Origin: Candidatus Eiseniibacteriota bacterium
GTDB taxonomy: Bacteria > Eisenbacteria > RBG-16-71-46
DNA length: 64,000 nucleotides
Direction: 5' to 3'
Assembly: GCA_963707915.1 (NCBI GenBank)
Contig: OY970178.1
Location: forward strand, 800,001 to 864,000
The notes under the pieces are model-generated. The model was not told where the DNA came from, did not search any database, and saw nothing but the letters and a program-made list of their open reading frames with translations. Positions within the stretch are counted from its first letter, which is position 1. The number at the start of each line of letters is the position of its first letter. Positions 17,991 to 27,617 of the stretch are shown in pieces. Made by a program: the position numbers and the translations under genes.

Positions 17991-19888
17991 TGGGCCTGCT
18001 CGAGGGCATCCACTCGCCGGCCGACCTGAAGGAGCTCTCGCTCCCGCAATTGACCGCGCTCGCCGCCGAGCTGCGCCACATCATCATCCAGACCGTCGCG
18101 CGGCGCGCGGGACACCTGGCGCCGAATCTCGGCGTGGTCGAGCTGACCGTCGCCCTGCACCGCGTGTTCGACTCGCCCCGGGACCGGATCATCTGGGACG
18201 TCGGGCACCAGTGCTACACGCACAAGCTGCTCACCGGCCGCTACGAGCGCTTCGACACGCTGCGCACCGCGGGCGGCATCGCCGGCTACCCGCGCCGCGC
18301 CGAGAGCGAGCACGACCCCTTCGGGGCCTCGCACGGCAGCACCTCGATCTCCGCGGCGCTGGGCTTCGCCGTGGCGCGCGACCTGCGCGGCGGGAACGAG
18401 CACGTGGTGGCGGTGATCGGGGACGGCGCGCTCACCGGCGGGATGGCCTACGAGGGCCTCAACAACGCGGGCGAGCTGCAGAAGCGGCTCATCGTGGTCC
18501 TCAACGACAACGACATGAGCATCGCCCCCAACGTCGGGGCGATCGCGCAGTACCTGACCCGGCTCACCACCAGCCGCGTCTACCGGCGCTTCGAACGCGA
18601 CGTCTGGGACCTGCTGGGCAAGCTGCCGCCGGCCTGGCGCGCGCGCGAGGGCGCGCGCCGCATCAAGGAGGGCCTGCAGAACCTGGTGGTGCCGACCGTG
18701 CTGTTCGAGGAGCTGGGCTTCAAGTACTTCGGCCCCATCGACGGCCACGACCTCGAAGCACTGCTGGAGACGCTGGGCGACCTCAAGCGCTTCGAGGGCC
18801 CGACCCTGCTCCACGTCGTGACCACCAAGGGCAAGGGCTACGGCCCGGCCGAGGCGCACAAGACGCTGTTCCACGGCGTCGGCGTCTTCGACCCCGAGAC
18901 CGGCGAGGCCCTCAAGGGCGCGCGCCCGACCTACACCAGCGTCTACGGCGAGACCGTGCTCGAGATCGGCAGGCAGGTGCCGGAGACGGTCGCGGTGACC
19001 GCGGCGATGGCCGACAACACCGGCCTCAAGGCCTTCTCGCTCGAGTTCCCGCAGCGCTTCTTCGACGTCGGGATGGCCGAGGAGCACGCGGTCACGTTCT
19101 CGGCCGCGCTCGCCGCGAACGGCCTGATCCCGCTCGCCACGATCTACTCGACCTTCCTGCAGCGCGCCTTCGACCAGATCCTCCACGACGCCGCCGTGCA
19201 GGACCTCGCCATCGTCCTGGTGGTCGACCGCGCCGGGCTCGTGGGGGAGGACGGCGCCCCGCAGCACGGCGCGTTCGACCTCACCTACCTGCGGATGGTC
19301 CCGGGCATGACGCTGATGGCGCCCGCCAACGGCGAGGAGCTGCGCGACATGCTCTGGACGGCGGTGAGGATGCAGCCCGCCGCCACGGGACCGATCGCGG
19401 TGCGCTTCCCGCGCGCCCCGATCCCCGAGGCCAGCCTGCCCCGGCGGGCCCCGGCGCTGATCGCGCCCGGCACCGCGCTGCAGCTCCGCGCCGGGGGCGA
19501 CGTCGCGCTGATCGCCATCGGCACCATGGTGCTGCCCGCGCTGGCGGCCGCCGAGTTGCTCGCCGCGGAGGGCGTCTCGGCCACCGTCGTCAACGCCCGC
19601 TTCGTCTGCCCGCTCGACGAGCGGGTCATCACCGGGCTGGCCCGCTCGGTCGGACGCATCGTCACCGTCGAGGAGAACGTCCCGATGGGCGGCTTCGGCA
19701 GCGCGGTCAGCGAGTGCCTCGACCGCCACGAGCTCTCGGCGACGCCGTTGATGCGCCTGGCGCTGCCCGAGCGGTTCGTCGCGCACGGCAGGCGCGACGA
19801 GCTCCTGCAACAGGTCGGGCTCGACGCCGCGGGCATCGCCCGCCGGACCCGCGAGTGGGTCCGCACCCAGCAGCTGCACTTCTCATGA
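17990..19888 (+). CDS. dxs: 1-deoxy-D-xylulose-5-phosphate synthase
   Basis: Motifs WDVGHQ, GDGALTGGMAYEGLNN, YFGPIDGHD, YSTFLQRAFDQ and DRAGLVGEDG. Confidence 0.97.
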   Translation: MGLLEGIHSPADLKELSLPQLTALAAELRHIIIQTVARRAGHLAPNLGVVELTVALHRVFDSPRDRIIWDVGHQCYTHKLLTGRYERFDTLRTAGGIAGYPRRAESEHDPFGASHGSTSISAALGFAVARDLRGGNEHVVAVIGDGALTGGMAYEGLNNAGELQKRLIVVLNDNDMSIAPNVGAIAQYLTRLTTSRVYRRFERDVWDLLGKLPPAWRAREGARRIKEGLQNLVVPTVLFEELGFKYFGPIDGHDLEALLETLGDLKRFEGPTLLHVVTTKGKGYGPAEAHKTLFHGVGVFDPETGEALKGARPTYTSVYGETVLEIGRQVPETVAVTAAMADNTGLKAFSLEFPQRFFDVGMAEEHAVTFSAALAANGLIPLATIYSTFLQRAFDQILHDAAVQDLAIVLVVDRAGLVGEDGAPQHGAFDLTYLRMVPGMTLMAPANGEELRDMLWTAVRMQPAATGPIAVRFPRAPIPEASLPRRAPALIAPGTALQLRAGGDVALIAIGTMVLPALAAAELLAAEGVSATVVNARFVCPLDERVITGLARSVGRIVTVEENVPMGGFGSAVSECLDRHELSATPLMRLALPERFVAHGRRDELLQQVGLDAAGIARRTREWVRTQQLHFS

Positions 19889-20763
19889 GCCCGCGCCTGG
19901 GCCGCGTCGCCATCTCGGGCCACATCGGCCGGCCCGAGGTGCGCCGGGCCACCGCGCTGCTGCGCACGCGGCTCGCCCGGCGCGGCTGCGACGTCCGCGT
20001 CGAGCAGGCCCTGGCCGCCACCCTCGACCGCGAGGGGCAGCCGCTCGCCCGGCTCGCCGCCTGGTGCCAGCTGCTCGTCGCGCTGGGCGGCGACGGCAGC
20101 GTGCTCACCGGCGGCCGCGCGCTCGCCGGGCGCCGCGGGGTCCTGCTCGGGATCAACTTCGGCGGCCTCGGTTTCCTTGCCGCCGCGGAGCAGGGCGAGC
20201 TCGTGCCCGCCGTGGAGGCGGCGCTCGCGCGCGCCTGGCCGGTCGCGCCGCGCCGGCTGCTGCGCGCGCGGGTGCTGCGCCGCGGGCGGCCGGTGGCCCG
20301 GGCCTTCGCCATGAACGACGCGGTCGTCAAGGGCATGGGCGGGTACGCCGCCATCCACCTGCAGATGCGCGCCCTCGGCCAGGACCTCGGCCACCTGGTG
20401 GCCGACGGGCTCATCGCGGCGACCGCGGCGGGCTCGACCGCCTACTCGCTCTCGGCCGGCGGCCCGGTGCTCTCGCCCGAGGTGGAGGCCATCGTGGTCA
20501 CGCCCGTCTGCGCGCACTCGCTGGGCAGCCGCTCGCTCGTGCTGTCGCCGGACGACGAGCTGGCGCTGCGGCTCATCGGCTCGCTCGACCAGACCGTGCT
20601 CATGCTCGACGGGCAGGAGCACGTTCCGCTCGAGCCCGACGACGAGATCCGCATCCGCCTCGACCGCACCGCCGTGCGGGTCGTGCGCAACCCGGGCCGG
20701 CCCTTCGCGCACTCACTCCAGGTCAAGCTCGGCTGGCAGGGGAGTACGCGGCGGAGCATGTGA
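19885..20763 (+). CDS. nadK: NAD(+) kinase
   Basis: Motifs LGGDGS, GGLGFL and DGLIAATAAGSTAYSLSAGGP. Confidence 0.92.
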   Translation: MSPRLGRVAISGHIGRPEVRRATALLRTRLARRGCDVRVEQALAATLDREGQPLARLAAWCQLLVALGGDGSVLTGGRALAGRRGVLLGINFGGLGFLAAAEQGELVPAVEAALARAWPVAPRRLLRARVLRRGRPVARAFAMNDAVVKGMGGYAAIHLQMRALGQDLGHLVADGLIAATAAGSTAYSLSAGGPVLSPEVEAIVVTPVCAHSLGSRSLVLSPDDELALRLIGSLDQTVLMLDGQEHVPLEPDDEIRIRLDRTAVRVVRNPGRPFAHSLQVKLGWQGSTRRSM

Positions 20764-20765
20764 TC

Positions 20766-22448
20766 GTGCTCGAGCGCCTGGTCATCCGCGACCTCGTGCT
20801 GGTGGAGCGGGCCGAGGTGGAGTTCGGCCCCGGTCTCAACGTGGTGACCGGCGAGACCGGCGCCGGCAAGTCGCTCCTGGTGCAGGCCGTGGACCTGCTG
20901 ACCGGCGGCCGCGCCGACCCCGGCGTGGTGCGCGACGGCGCGAAGGCCGCGGTGGTCGAGGGCGAGTTCCGCCCGTCCGCGCGCGCCAACCTGCGGATCG
21001 GGCCGCTGCTCGCCGCCTGGGGCGTCGAGTACGACGGCGAGAGCCTCATCCTGCGGCGCGAGGTCCAGGCCGGCGGCAAGAGCCGCGCCCTGGTGAACCA
21101 GTCGGCGGTGACGCGCGGCGCGCTGCGCGAGCTCTGCGAGGCGCTCGCCGACCTCCACGGCCAGCACGAGCACCAGAGCCTGCTGCGCCCCGGCGCGGGA
21201 CTCGACACGCTCGACCGGCTCGCCGCGCTCGACGGCGAGAGCGCCCGCTACGCGCAGGCGCTGGCCGCCTGGCGCGCCGCCGCCGCGCAACTCGAGGCGC
21301 TCGAGCGCTCGCTGGCGACCCACGCCGAGCGGCGCGAGGAGATGGAACAGGCGGCGCGCGAGCTGGACGAGGCCCGCCTGCGCGTCGGCGAGGAGGAGGA
21401 GCTGCGGCGCGAGGCGACGCGCCTCGCCCACGCCGACCGCCTGCGCGAGCTGGTGGGGCACGCGCTCGACCGGCTCTCCGACGGCGAGACCCCGGCGGTG
21501 GACGCCATCGCCCAGGCCGCCCGCGCGCTCGAACAGGCCGCCGCCCTCGACCCGGGCCTGGCGGGTTCCCTGCCCGCGCTCGACGAGGCGCGCATCGCCA
21601 CCGCCGAGGTGGCGCGCACGCTCGGCGACTACGCGTCGCGCCTCGAGGCCGACCCGGCCGCGCTCGAGCAGATCGAGTCCCGGCGCGAACGGATCGCCCG
21701 CCTCGAGCGCAAGCACCGCCGCGACGTGCCCGGGCTGATCGCCTGGCGCGAGGAGCTCGCCCGCGAGCTGGCCACCGGCGCGGACGCCGTGGCCGCGCTG
21801 GCGGAGGCGCGCGCCGCCGCGCAGCAGACCCACGCCGGCTGCCTGGCCGCGGCACGGGCGCTGTCGCGCCGGCGCCAGGCGGCAGCGCGGGACTGGGGGA
21901 GGAAGCTCACGGGGGAGATGAAGCCGCTCGGGATGCCGCACGCCACCCTCGGCTTCCAGGTCGAGCCGGACGACCGCCCGGAGCCTGGATTCGGCGCGAA
22001 CGGGCTCGACCAGGTCGAGATCATGTTCGGCGCCAATCCCGGCGAGCCGGTGCGACCGCTCCAGAAGGTCGCCTCCGGCGGGGAGCTCTCCCGGTTGATG
22101 CTGGCTCTGAAGGTAGCGCTGGAAGCCCAAGACCCCGTTGACCTTCTGTTGTTCGATGAAGTGGATTCCGGGGTCGGCGGGGCGGTCGCCCAGGCGGTCG
22201 GTGAACGTCTCAAGCAGCTCGCCCGCCATCGCCAGGTCGTATGCGTGACCCACCTGCCGATGATCGCCGCGCTCGCCGCGCATCACTTGCGGGTCGACAA
22301 GTCCGTGACGGCCGGCCGCACGTTGGCGCGCATCGCCGCCATCGATGGCAGCGAGCGCGTCGAGGAGCTCGCCCGGATGCTGGCCGGCGACCGCGTCACC
22401 GACACGACGCGGCGGCAGGCGCGCGAACTGCTGGGGGCCGGCGCGTGA
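20766..22448 (+). CDS. recN: DNA repair protein RecN
   Basis: Motifs TGETGAGKS, HGQHEHQ, ASGGELSR, FDEVDSG and CVTHLP. Confidence 0.96.
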   Translation: MLERLVIRDLVLVERAEVEFGPGLNVVTGETGAGKSLLVQAVDLLTGGRADPGVVRDGAKAAVVEGEFRPSARANLRIGPLLAAWGVEYDGESLILRREVQAGGKSRALVNQSAVTRGALRELCEALADLHGQHEHQSLLRPGAGLDTLDRLAALDGESARYAQALAAWRAAAAQLEALERSLATHAERREEMEQAARELDEARLRVGEEEELRREATRLAHADRLRELVGHALDRLSDGETPAVDAIAQAARALEQAAALDPGLAGSLPALDEARIATAEVARTLGDYASRLEADPAALEQIESRRERIARLERKHRRDVPGLIAWREELARELATGADAVAALAEARAAAQQTHAGCLAAARALSRRRQAAARDWGRKLTGEMKPLGMPHATLGFQVEPDDRPEPGFGANGLDQVEIMFGANPGEPVRPLQKVASGGELSRLMLALKVALEAQDPVDLLLFDEVDSGVGGAVAQAVGERLKQLARHRQVVCVTHLPMIAALAAHHLRVDKSVTAGRTLARIAAIDGSERVEELARMLAGDRVTDTTRRQARELLGAGA

Positions 22449-23932
22449 CGGTCCGCGGCGGCCGACCTGCGAGCCCCGGGCGCGAGGAGTTCCGCGCGCT
22501 CGCGGCCGGCGGCCGGCTGGTCCCGGTGTCCCGCGACGTGCCCGCCGACCACGAGACGCCGGTCTCCGCCTTCCGCAAGCTCGACGACGGCGCGCATGCC
22601 TTCCTGCTCGAGAGCCTGGAGGGCGGCGAGAAGTGGGGACGGTTCTCCCTGCTGGGGAGCCGGCCCGCGGCGGTCTTCACCGCCCGCGGGGAGCGCTGCG
22701 AGATCCTCGAGGACGGCGTCACGCGCGCCTGCTCCGGCCGGCCGCTCGACGAGCTGCGCTCGCTGCTCGCGTCCCGGCAAGCCGTCGCCCTGCCGGGATT
22801 GCCGCGCTTCTGCGGCGGCGCGGTGGGCTACCTCGGCTGCGGCGCCGCGCGCTGGTTCGGCCGGGGCCCCGCGCGGGGGACGGCGGAGCCCGCGCCGCCC
22901 GATGCCGTGTTCCTGCTCACCGACGTCGTCACCGTCTTCGACCACGTCGCGCACACCGTCCGGGTCGTGACCCACGCGCGCGGCGGGGACGACCCCGGCA
23001 CGGCATGGGAGCGGGCGGTCGCGCGCCTCGACGCGGAGATCGCGCGGCTCGAGGTCCCGCAGGCGTGGCCGGCGACGGCCGCCGCGACGCCGCTCGCCGA
23101 GCCGGTTTCGTCGTCCACGACCGCGGAGTTCGCGGCCGCGGTCGAGCGCGCCCGGGAGCACGTCCGCGCGGGGGACGTGCTGCAGCTGACCCTGGCGCGG
23201 CGCCTGAGCGCCCCGGTGCAGGTCCCCGCCTTCGAGGCCTACCGGGCCCTGCGCCGGGCCGCTCCGTCCCCCTACGCCCACTTCCTTCGGCTCGGTGAGC
23301 TGTGCATCGCGGGCTCTGCGCCGGGCTCGCTGCTGCGGCGCGTGGAGGACGTGGTCGAGGCGCACGTCCTCACCGGTAGGCGGCCGCGCGGCCGCACGGC
23401 GGAGGAGGACCGCAGGCTGGAGGAGGAACTGCTCGCCGGGGAGCGGGAGCGCGCCGCCCACGCCCTGGGAGTGGACCTGGCGCGCAGCGACGTCGGCGAC
23501 GTCGCCGAGCCCGGCTCGGTCGGCACCTGCGGGTGGCTGGAGGTGGAGCGCCATTCGCCGGCGATGCACCTGGCCTCCAGCGTGCGGGGCCGGCCCCGGC
23601 CGGATGCCGGGCCTCTGGACCTGGTGCGGACCTGCTTCCCCGCAGGGAGCGACTGCGGCGTGCCCCGGGCGCGCGCCCTGGAATTGATCGCGGAGCTGGA
23701 GCCGGCGACACGCGGGATCCACGCCGGGGCGGTGGGATACTTCGACCTGCGCGGCGGCCTGGACCTGTGCAGCTCCGCGCGCGCGCTGGTCTTCACGCGA
23801 GGACGGGCCGAGTGGAGCGCCGGGGCCGTGATCGGCGCGGACACCGATGCCGAGGCGGCGTGGCGGGAGACCGTCGACCAGGCCCGCGCGCCCGGGCTCG
23901 CCCTCCAGCAGGCCGCGGGGACCGTGCGATGA
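22445..23932 (+). CDS. trpE: Anthranilate synthase component I homolog with degenerate active site
   Basis: Intact N-terminal ETPVSAF and FLLESLEGGEKWGRFS. Chorismate-binding motifs are altered: ERAAH, LTGRRPRG, PAGSDCGVPR, GIHAG, ETVDQA. Confidence 0.85.
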   Translation: MTVRGGRPASPGREEFRALAAGGRLVPVSRDVPADHETPVSAFRKLDDGAHAFLLESLEGGEKWGRFSLLGSRPAAVFTARGERCEILEDGVTRACSGRPLDELRSLLASRQAVALPGLPRFCGGAVGYLGCGAARWFGRGPARGTAEPAPPDAVFLLTDVVTVFDHVAHTVRVVTHARGGDDPGTAWERAVARLDAEIARLEVPQAWPATAAATPLAEPVSSSTTAEFAAAVERAREHVRAGDVLQLTLARRLSAPVQVPAFEAYRALRRAAPSPYAHFLRLGELCIAGSAPGSLLRRVEDVVEAHVLTGRRPRGRTAEEDRRLEEELLAGERERAAHALGVDLARSDVGDVAEPGSVGTCGWLEVERHSPAMHLASSVRGRPRPDAGPLDLVRTCFPAGSDCGVPRARALELIAELEPATRGIHAGAVGYFDLRGGLDLCSSARALVFTRGRAEWSAGAVIGADTDAEAAWRETVDQARAPGLALQQAAGTVR

Positions 23933-24519
23933 TCGGGGTCATCGACAACCACGGCGCCTTCACCGGCAGCCTGCTGCAGTGCCTCGCGACGCTCGGCGCC
24001 CGTCTCGAGGTCCACGACAGCGGCACGGTGTCGGCCGACGCGCTGGCCGCCCGCCCGCTCGCGGGCCTGGTCCTGTCCTGCGGGCCGGGGACGCCCTCGG
24101 CCGCGGGGGTCACGCTCGCGGCCATCCGCCGATTCGCCGGCCGCATGCCCATCCTCGGCATCGGCCTCGGCCACCACGCGCTGGCCGAGGCCTACGGCGC
24201 CCGCCTGGTGCCGGCCCCGCACCTCCTGCACGGCGCCAGCTGCCCGGTGCTGCACCGCGGACGCGGGCTCTTCGCCGGGCTCGACAACCCCTTCCCGGCG
24301 GCGCGCTATCATGCGCGGACCGTCGAGCGCGGGTCGCTTCCCGACGCGCTCCAGGTCGCGGCCTGGACCCCGACCGGGGAAGTCATGGGGCTGCGGCATC
24401 GCGATCACGACAGTTGGGGTGTACAGTTCGCGCCCCAGTCCATCCTGACCGGCCCGGGCCCGAGGCTCGTGGAGAACTTCCTCTCGCTGTGCCGACAACC
24501 AAGGGAGGTACCCCAGTGA
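23929..24519 (+). CDS. trpG: Anthranilate synthase component II (class I GATase) homolog lacking the catalytic triad
   Basis: Family fold is evident (VIDN, GPGTP, GEVMGLRH), but GVCLGHQ>GIGLGHH and QFHPES>QFAPQS. Confidence 0.85.
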   Translation: MIGVIDNHGAFTGSLLQCLATLGARLEVHDSGTVSADALAARPLAGLVLSCGPGTPSAAGVTLAAIRRFAGRMPILGIGLGHHALAEAYGARLVPAPHLLHGASCPVLHRGRGLFAGLDNPFPAARYHARTVERGSLPDALQVAAWTPTGEVMGLRHRDHDSWGVQFAPQSILTGPGPRLVENFLSLCRQPREVPQ

Positions 24520-25523
24520 TCCGAACGGCCATCGCACGCGCCGTGCTCCGCGAAGACCTGCCGCGGGAGCTGGCGCGCGCCAGCATGGTGCAGATCCTCG
24601 ACGGCGACGCCACCCCGGCGCAGATCGCCGCCCTCGCCGTGGCGCTCCGCATGAAGGGCGAGGCGCCCGAGGAGATCGCCAGCATGGCCGAGGCGATGCG
24701 CGAGCGCGTGCCGCCGCTCCGCACCAAGCGCACGCCGCTGCTCGACACCTGCGGCACCGGCGGCGACAACGCCGGCACGTTCAACATCTCGACCACCTCG
24801 GCCATCGTGGTGGCGTCGTGCGGGGTGGCGGTCGCCAAGCACGGCAACCGCGCGGTGTCGAGCCGCACCGGCAGCGCCGACGTGCTCGAGGCCCTCGGCG
24901 TGGGCCTCGACCTGACGCCCGGGAGCGCGGCGCGCTCGCTCGACCTGCTGGGCATCACCTTCCTGTTCGCCCCCAACTACCACGCCGCGCTGCGCCACGC
25001 CGCCGGCCCGCGCCGCGAGATCGGCGTGCGCACCATCCTCGACCTGCTCGGCCCGCTCACCAACCCGGCCGGCGCGCGACGGCAGTTGATCGGCGTGTTC
25101 TCCGACCGCCTGGTGCGCCGCATCGCCGAGGTCCTGAAGCTGCTGGGCAGCGAGCGCGCCTGGGTCGTGCACGGCCTCGACGGGCTGGACGAGCTGACGG
25201 TGCTGGGCCGCTCACACGTCGCCGAGCTGGACCGCGGCGAGATCCGCGAGTTCGAGGTGGACCCGGTGCCGCTGGGGCTCGCGCACCCCGACCGCAGCGG
25301 GATCGAGGGCGGCGACGCGCTCACCAACGCCGCGCGGATCCGCGCGGTGCTGGCGGGGGAGAAGGGGCCGGCGCGCGACATCGTCGCGCTCAACGCCGGC
25401 GGCGCGCTGGTGGTGGCCGGCGTGGTGGAGAACCTCGCCGCGGGCGTGGCCCAGGCCCAGGAGGCGATCGACAGCGGCCGGGCCGCGCGCAAGCTCGACG
25501 ACCTCCAGGCGTTCCGGGACTGA
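24516..25523 (+). CDS. trpD: Anthranilate phosphoribosyltransferase
   Basis: Motifs DTCGTGGD, TFNIST, KHGNRAVSSRTGSADVLE and DGLDE, all intact. Has its own GGAGG SD. Confidence 0.95.
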   Translation: MIRTAIARAVLREDLPRELARASMVQILDGDATPAQIAALAVALRMKGEAPEEIASMAEAMRERVPPLRTKRTPLLDTCGTGGDNAGTFNISTTSAIVVASCGVAVAKHGNRAVSSRTGSADVLEALGVGLDLTPGSAARSLDLLGITFLFAPNYHAALRHAAGPRREIGVRTILDLLGPLTNPAGARRQLIGVFSDRLVRRIAEVLKLLGSERAWVVHGLDGLDELTVLGRSHVAELDRGEIREFEVDPVPLGLAHPDRSGIEGGDALTNAARIRAVLAGEKGPARDIVALNAGGALVVAGVVENLAAGVAQAQEAIDSGRAARKLDDLQAFRD

Positions 25524-25546
25524 GCCCGGCCGGGGAGGGCACGACC

Positions 25547-26170
25547 ATGTTCTGCATCCGCTGCGGCAACGGCCTGCCCGACGAGGCGGCGTTCTGCCCG
25601 TCCTGCGGCGCTCCGGTCGCGAGCGTCCCGGACGCGGGCGGGTCCGCGGCCCCGCCCGCGGCGATCCCCGGACCGTGGAGCGCGGCGCCGGCCGCACCAG
25701 CCGCCGCCGTCACGACCCCGAGCTACGCGGGCTTCTGGCGCCGGCTCTGGAGCTACCTGATCGACCGCTTCATCCTCGGCGTCCTGTTCACCCCGGTCGC
25801 CTTCCTGGTCATCCTGCCGGTCGCGGCCAGCCAGTCGAGCGACTGGATGGACACCGACCTGCCGGGGGAGGCGATCGCTGCGGTGATGGGCGCGGTGCTC
25901 ACCGTGGTGTTCCTCGCGCTGCTGGCCAGCTGGCTCTACTACGCGCTGATGCAGAGCTCGTCGCGGCAGGCGACGCTCGGCCAGATGGCGCTGGGCCTGC
26001 GGGTCACCGACCTCGAGGGACGCCGCATCTCCCTCGGGCGCGCGAGCGGGCGCCTCTTCGCGACCGTGCTCACCGGAATGACCTTCGGGCTCGGCTACCT
26101 CGCGGTGCTCTTCACGTCGCGCAAGCAGACCCTGCACGACCTGGTCGCCGGCACCGTGGTGGTGCGCTGA
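25547..26170 (+). CDS. RDD family membrane protein with N-terminal zinc ribbon
   Basis: CxxC..CxxC, YAGFWRR..IDR, QATLGQMALGLRV and QTLHDLVAGT. Confidence 0.9.
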   Translation: MFCIRCGNGLPDEAAFCPSCGAPVASVPDAGGSAAPPAAIPGPWSAAPAAPAAAVTTPSYAGFWRRLWSYLIDRFILGVLFTPVAFLVILPVAASQSSDWMDTDLPGEAIAAVMGAVLTVVFLALLASWLYYALMQSSSRQATLGQMALGLRVTDLEGRRISLGRASGRLFATVLTGMTFGLGYLAVLFTSRKQTLHDLVAGTVVVR

Positions 26171-26269
26171 CCGGCGGCCGGGGGCCGGAGGGGCCCGCCG
26201 GCGCGCGAGGGGCCCGCGGCACGGGCGGCCGTCCGCTGCGCACCCCGCGTGACGGGGGTCCGCCCGCTG

Positions 26270-26278
26270 TGCTATAAA
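26270..26278 (+). promoter_or_regulatory. Extended -10 promoter for tRNA-Arg
   Basis: TGcTATAAA 11 nt upstream of the tRNA. Confidence 0.55.
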
Positions 26279-26289
26279 TCGCCGGTTGC

Positions 26290-26366
26290 GCGCCCGTAGC
26301 TCAATTGGATAGAGCGTTAGCCTCCGGAGCTAAAGGTTACAGGTTCAAATCCTGTCGGGCGTACCA
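26290..26366 (+). tRNA. tRNA-Arg(CCG)
   Basis: Acceptor stem GCGCCCG/CGGGCGT, anticodon arm TTAGC-CTCCGGA-GCTAA, T-loop GGTTCAAATCC, encoded CCA. Confidence 0.97.
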
Positions 26367-26381
26367 CCTCCTCCGCCCCCC

Positions 26382-27446
26382 ATGCCGGACATCCCACCCG
26401 TGACCCCCGATCCCGATCCGGAAGCGTCCGGCCTCCGTGGCTTCCCGGCCGCCGGCGACCACGCCGTGCGCGAGATGGCGGGCATGTTCGACCACGTCTC
26501 CGGCCGCTACGACCTGCTCAACTCGATCATGACGCTCGGGCAGGACCGCGCCTGGCGGGCCGCCCTGGCGCGCGCCGTCCCGGACTCCGCGCGCGTCGTG
26601 CTCGACCTGTGCACCGGCAGCGGCGTCTCGCTCGAAGGGCTGCGGCGCCCCGGCCGCGTCCTGCTGGGCGTGGACGCCAGCCTGCGCATGCTCGAGCTCG
26701 CCGCGGACGAGCACGGCCCGTGGGGCTGGGCCCCGCGCCTGGCTTGCGCCGACGCCTTCCGCCTGCCGTTCCGCGACGACGCGCTGGACGCCGTCACCAT
26801 CGCCTTCGGCATGCGCAACCTGCGTCCCCGGCCGGGAGCGCTGGCCGAGCTGGCCCGCGTGCTGGCGCCGGGCGGCACGCTGGTCGTGCTCGAGGCCACC
26901 GCGCCGCGCCCCGGCGTGCTCGCGCCCTTCCACCGGTTCTACGCGCGACGGATCATCCCGCTGCTGGGGCGCCTGTCGTCCGACCCGGTGGCGTACCGCT
27001 ACCTGAGCGGGTCGATCTTCGAGTTCGGCACGGGGGAGGAGTTCGAGCGCGACCTCGCGGCGGCCGGCTTCGGGATCGCCACGCGACGGGCGTACATGTT
27101 CGGTGCGGCCCGCCTGTGGGCCGCACAGAGACTGGCCGGGGCATCGGACGCGGCGTTGCGAATTGCCCGGTTCCCGGGCCCGGGCTCGGGCGATTTCGCG
27201 CAGGCCAGGCGTCTCCGGGCACTCGAGTGGCGCTGGTGGACGGTCACCCGCGCCGCCGTCTCGGCCGCCCTGACCGGGAGCCTGGTGTGGGCCCTGTTCA
27301 CATGGGTCAAGTGGCGCCCGCTGATGAACTTGGAGCCGTGGCAGGACCGCGCGCTCTGGGTCCTGATCCTCGCCGGCCTGGCGGGGTTCGGGATCCGCAC
27401 TCTCGCACTGGTGTTGCGATTGCTCGGCCCGCCCCCGACCGGCTGA
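26382..27446 (+). CDS. UbiE/MenG family methyltransferase with C-terminal two-TM extension
   Basis: Motifs MFDHVSGRYDLLN, VLDLCTGSG, TIAFGMRN and YRYLSGSI, followed by two hydrophobic helices. Confidence 0.85.
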   Translation: MPDIPPVTPDPDPEASGLRGFPAAGDHAVREMAGMFDHVSGRYDLLNSIMTLGQDRAWRAALARAVPDSARVVLDLCTGSGVSLEGLRRPGRVLLGVDASLRMLELAADEHGPWGWAPRLACADAFRLPFRDDALDAVTIAFGMRNLRPRPGALAELARVLAPGGTLVVLEATAPRPGVLAPFHRFYARRIIPLLGRLSSDPVAYRYLSGSIFEFGTGEEFERDLAAAGFGIATRRAYMFGAARLWAAQRLAGASDAALRIARFPGPGSGDFAQARRLRALEWRWWTVTRAAVSAALTGSLVWALFTWVKWRPLMNLEPWQDRALWVLILAGLAGFGIRTLALVLRLLGPPPTG

Positions 27447-27460
27447 CCCGACCGGCGTGG

Positions 27461-27476
27461 TGGCACACGCGTTGCG
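27461..27476 (+). promoter_or_regulatory. Sigma54 -24/-12 promoter upstream of GGDEF gene
   Basis: TGGCACACGCGTTGCG fits TGGCAC-N5-TTGC with exact GG-N10-GC spacing, and is intergenic. Confidence 0.72.
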
Positions 27477-27617
27477 TGGTTTCAGCGGATTCTGACCCAA
27501 TCGTGGAGGCCAGGCAGTCCCGGCCTCCGGACCCGTGTGTGGGGAAAACCGCGCGGCAGCGGAGGCGCGGGCACCACGGGCGGGGATCACGAATCGGCCC
27601 ACGGCCCGGGAGCCCCG

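Noticed and set aside
2070..26366. tRNA genes as island integration sites
   Set aside because: No duplicated tRNA 3' ends or adjacent integrase were noticed, and the flanking genes are core.
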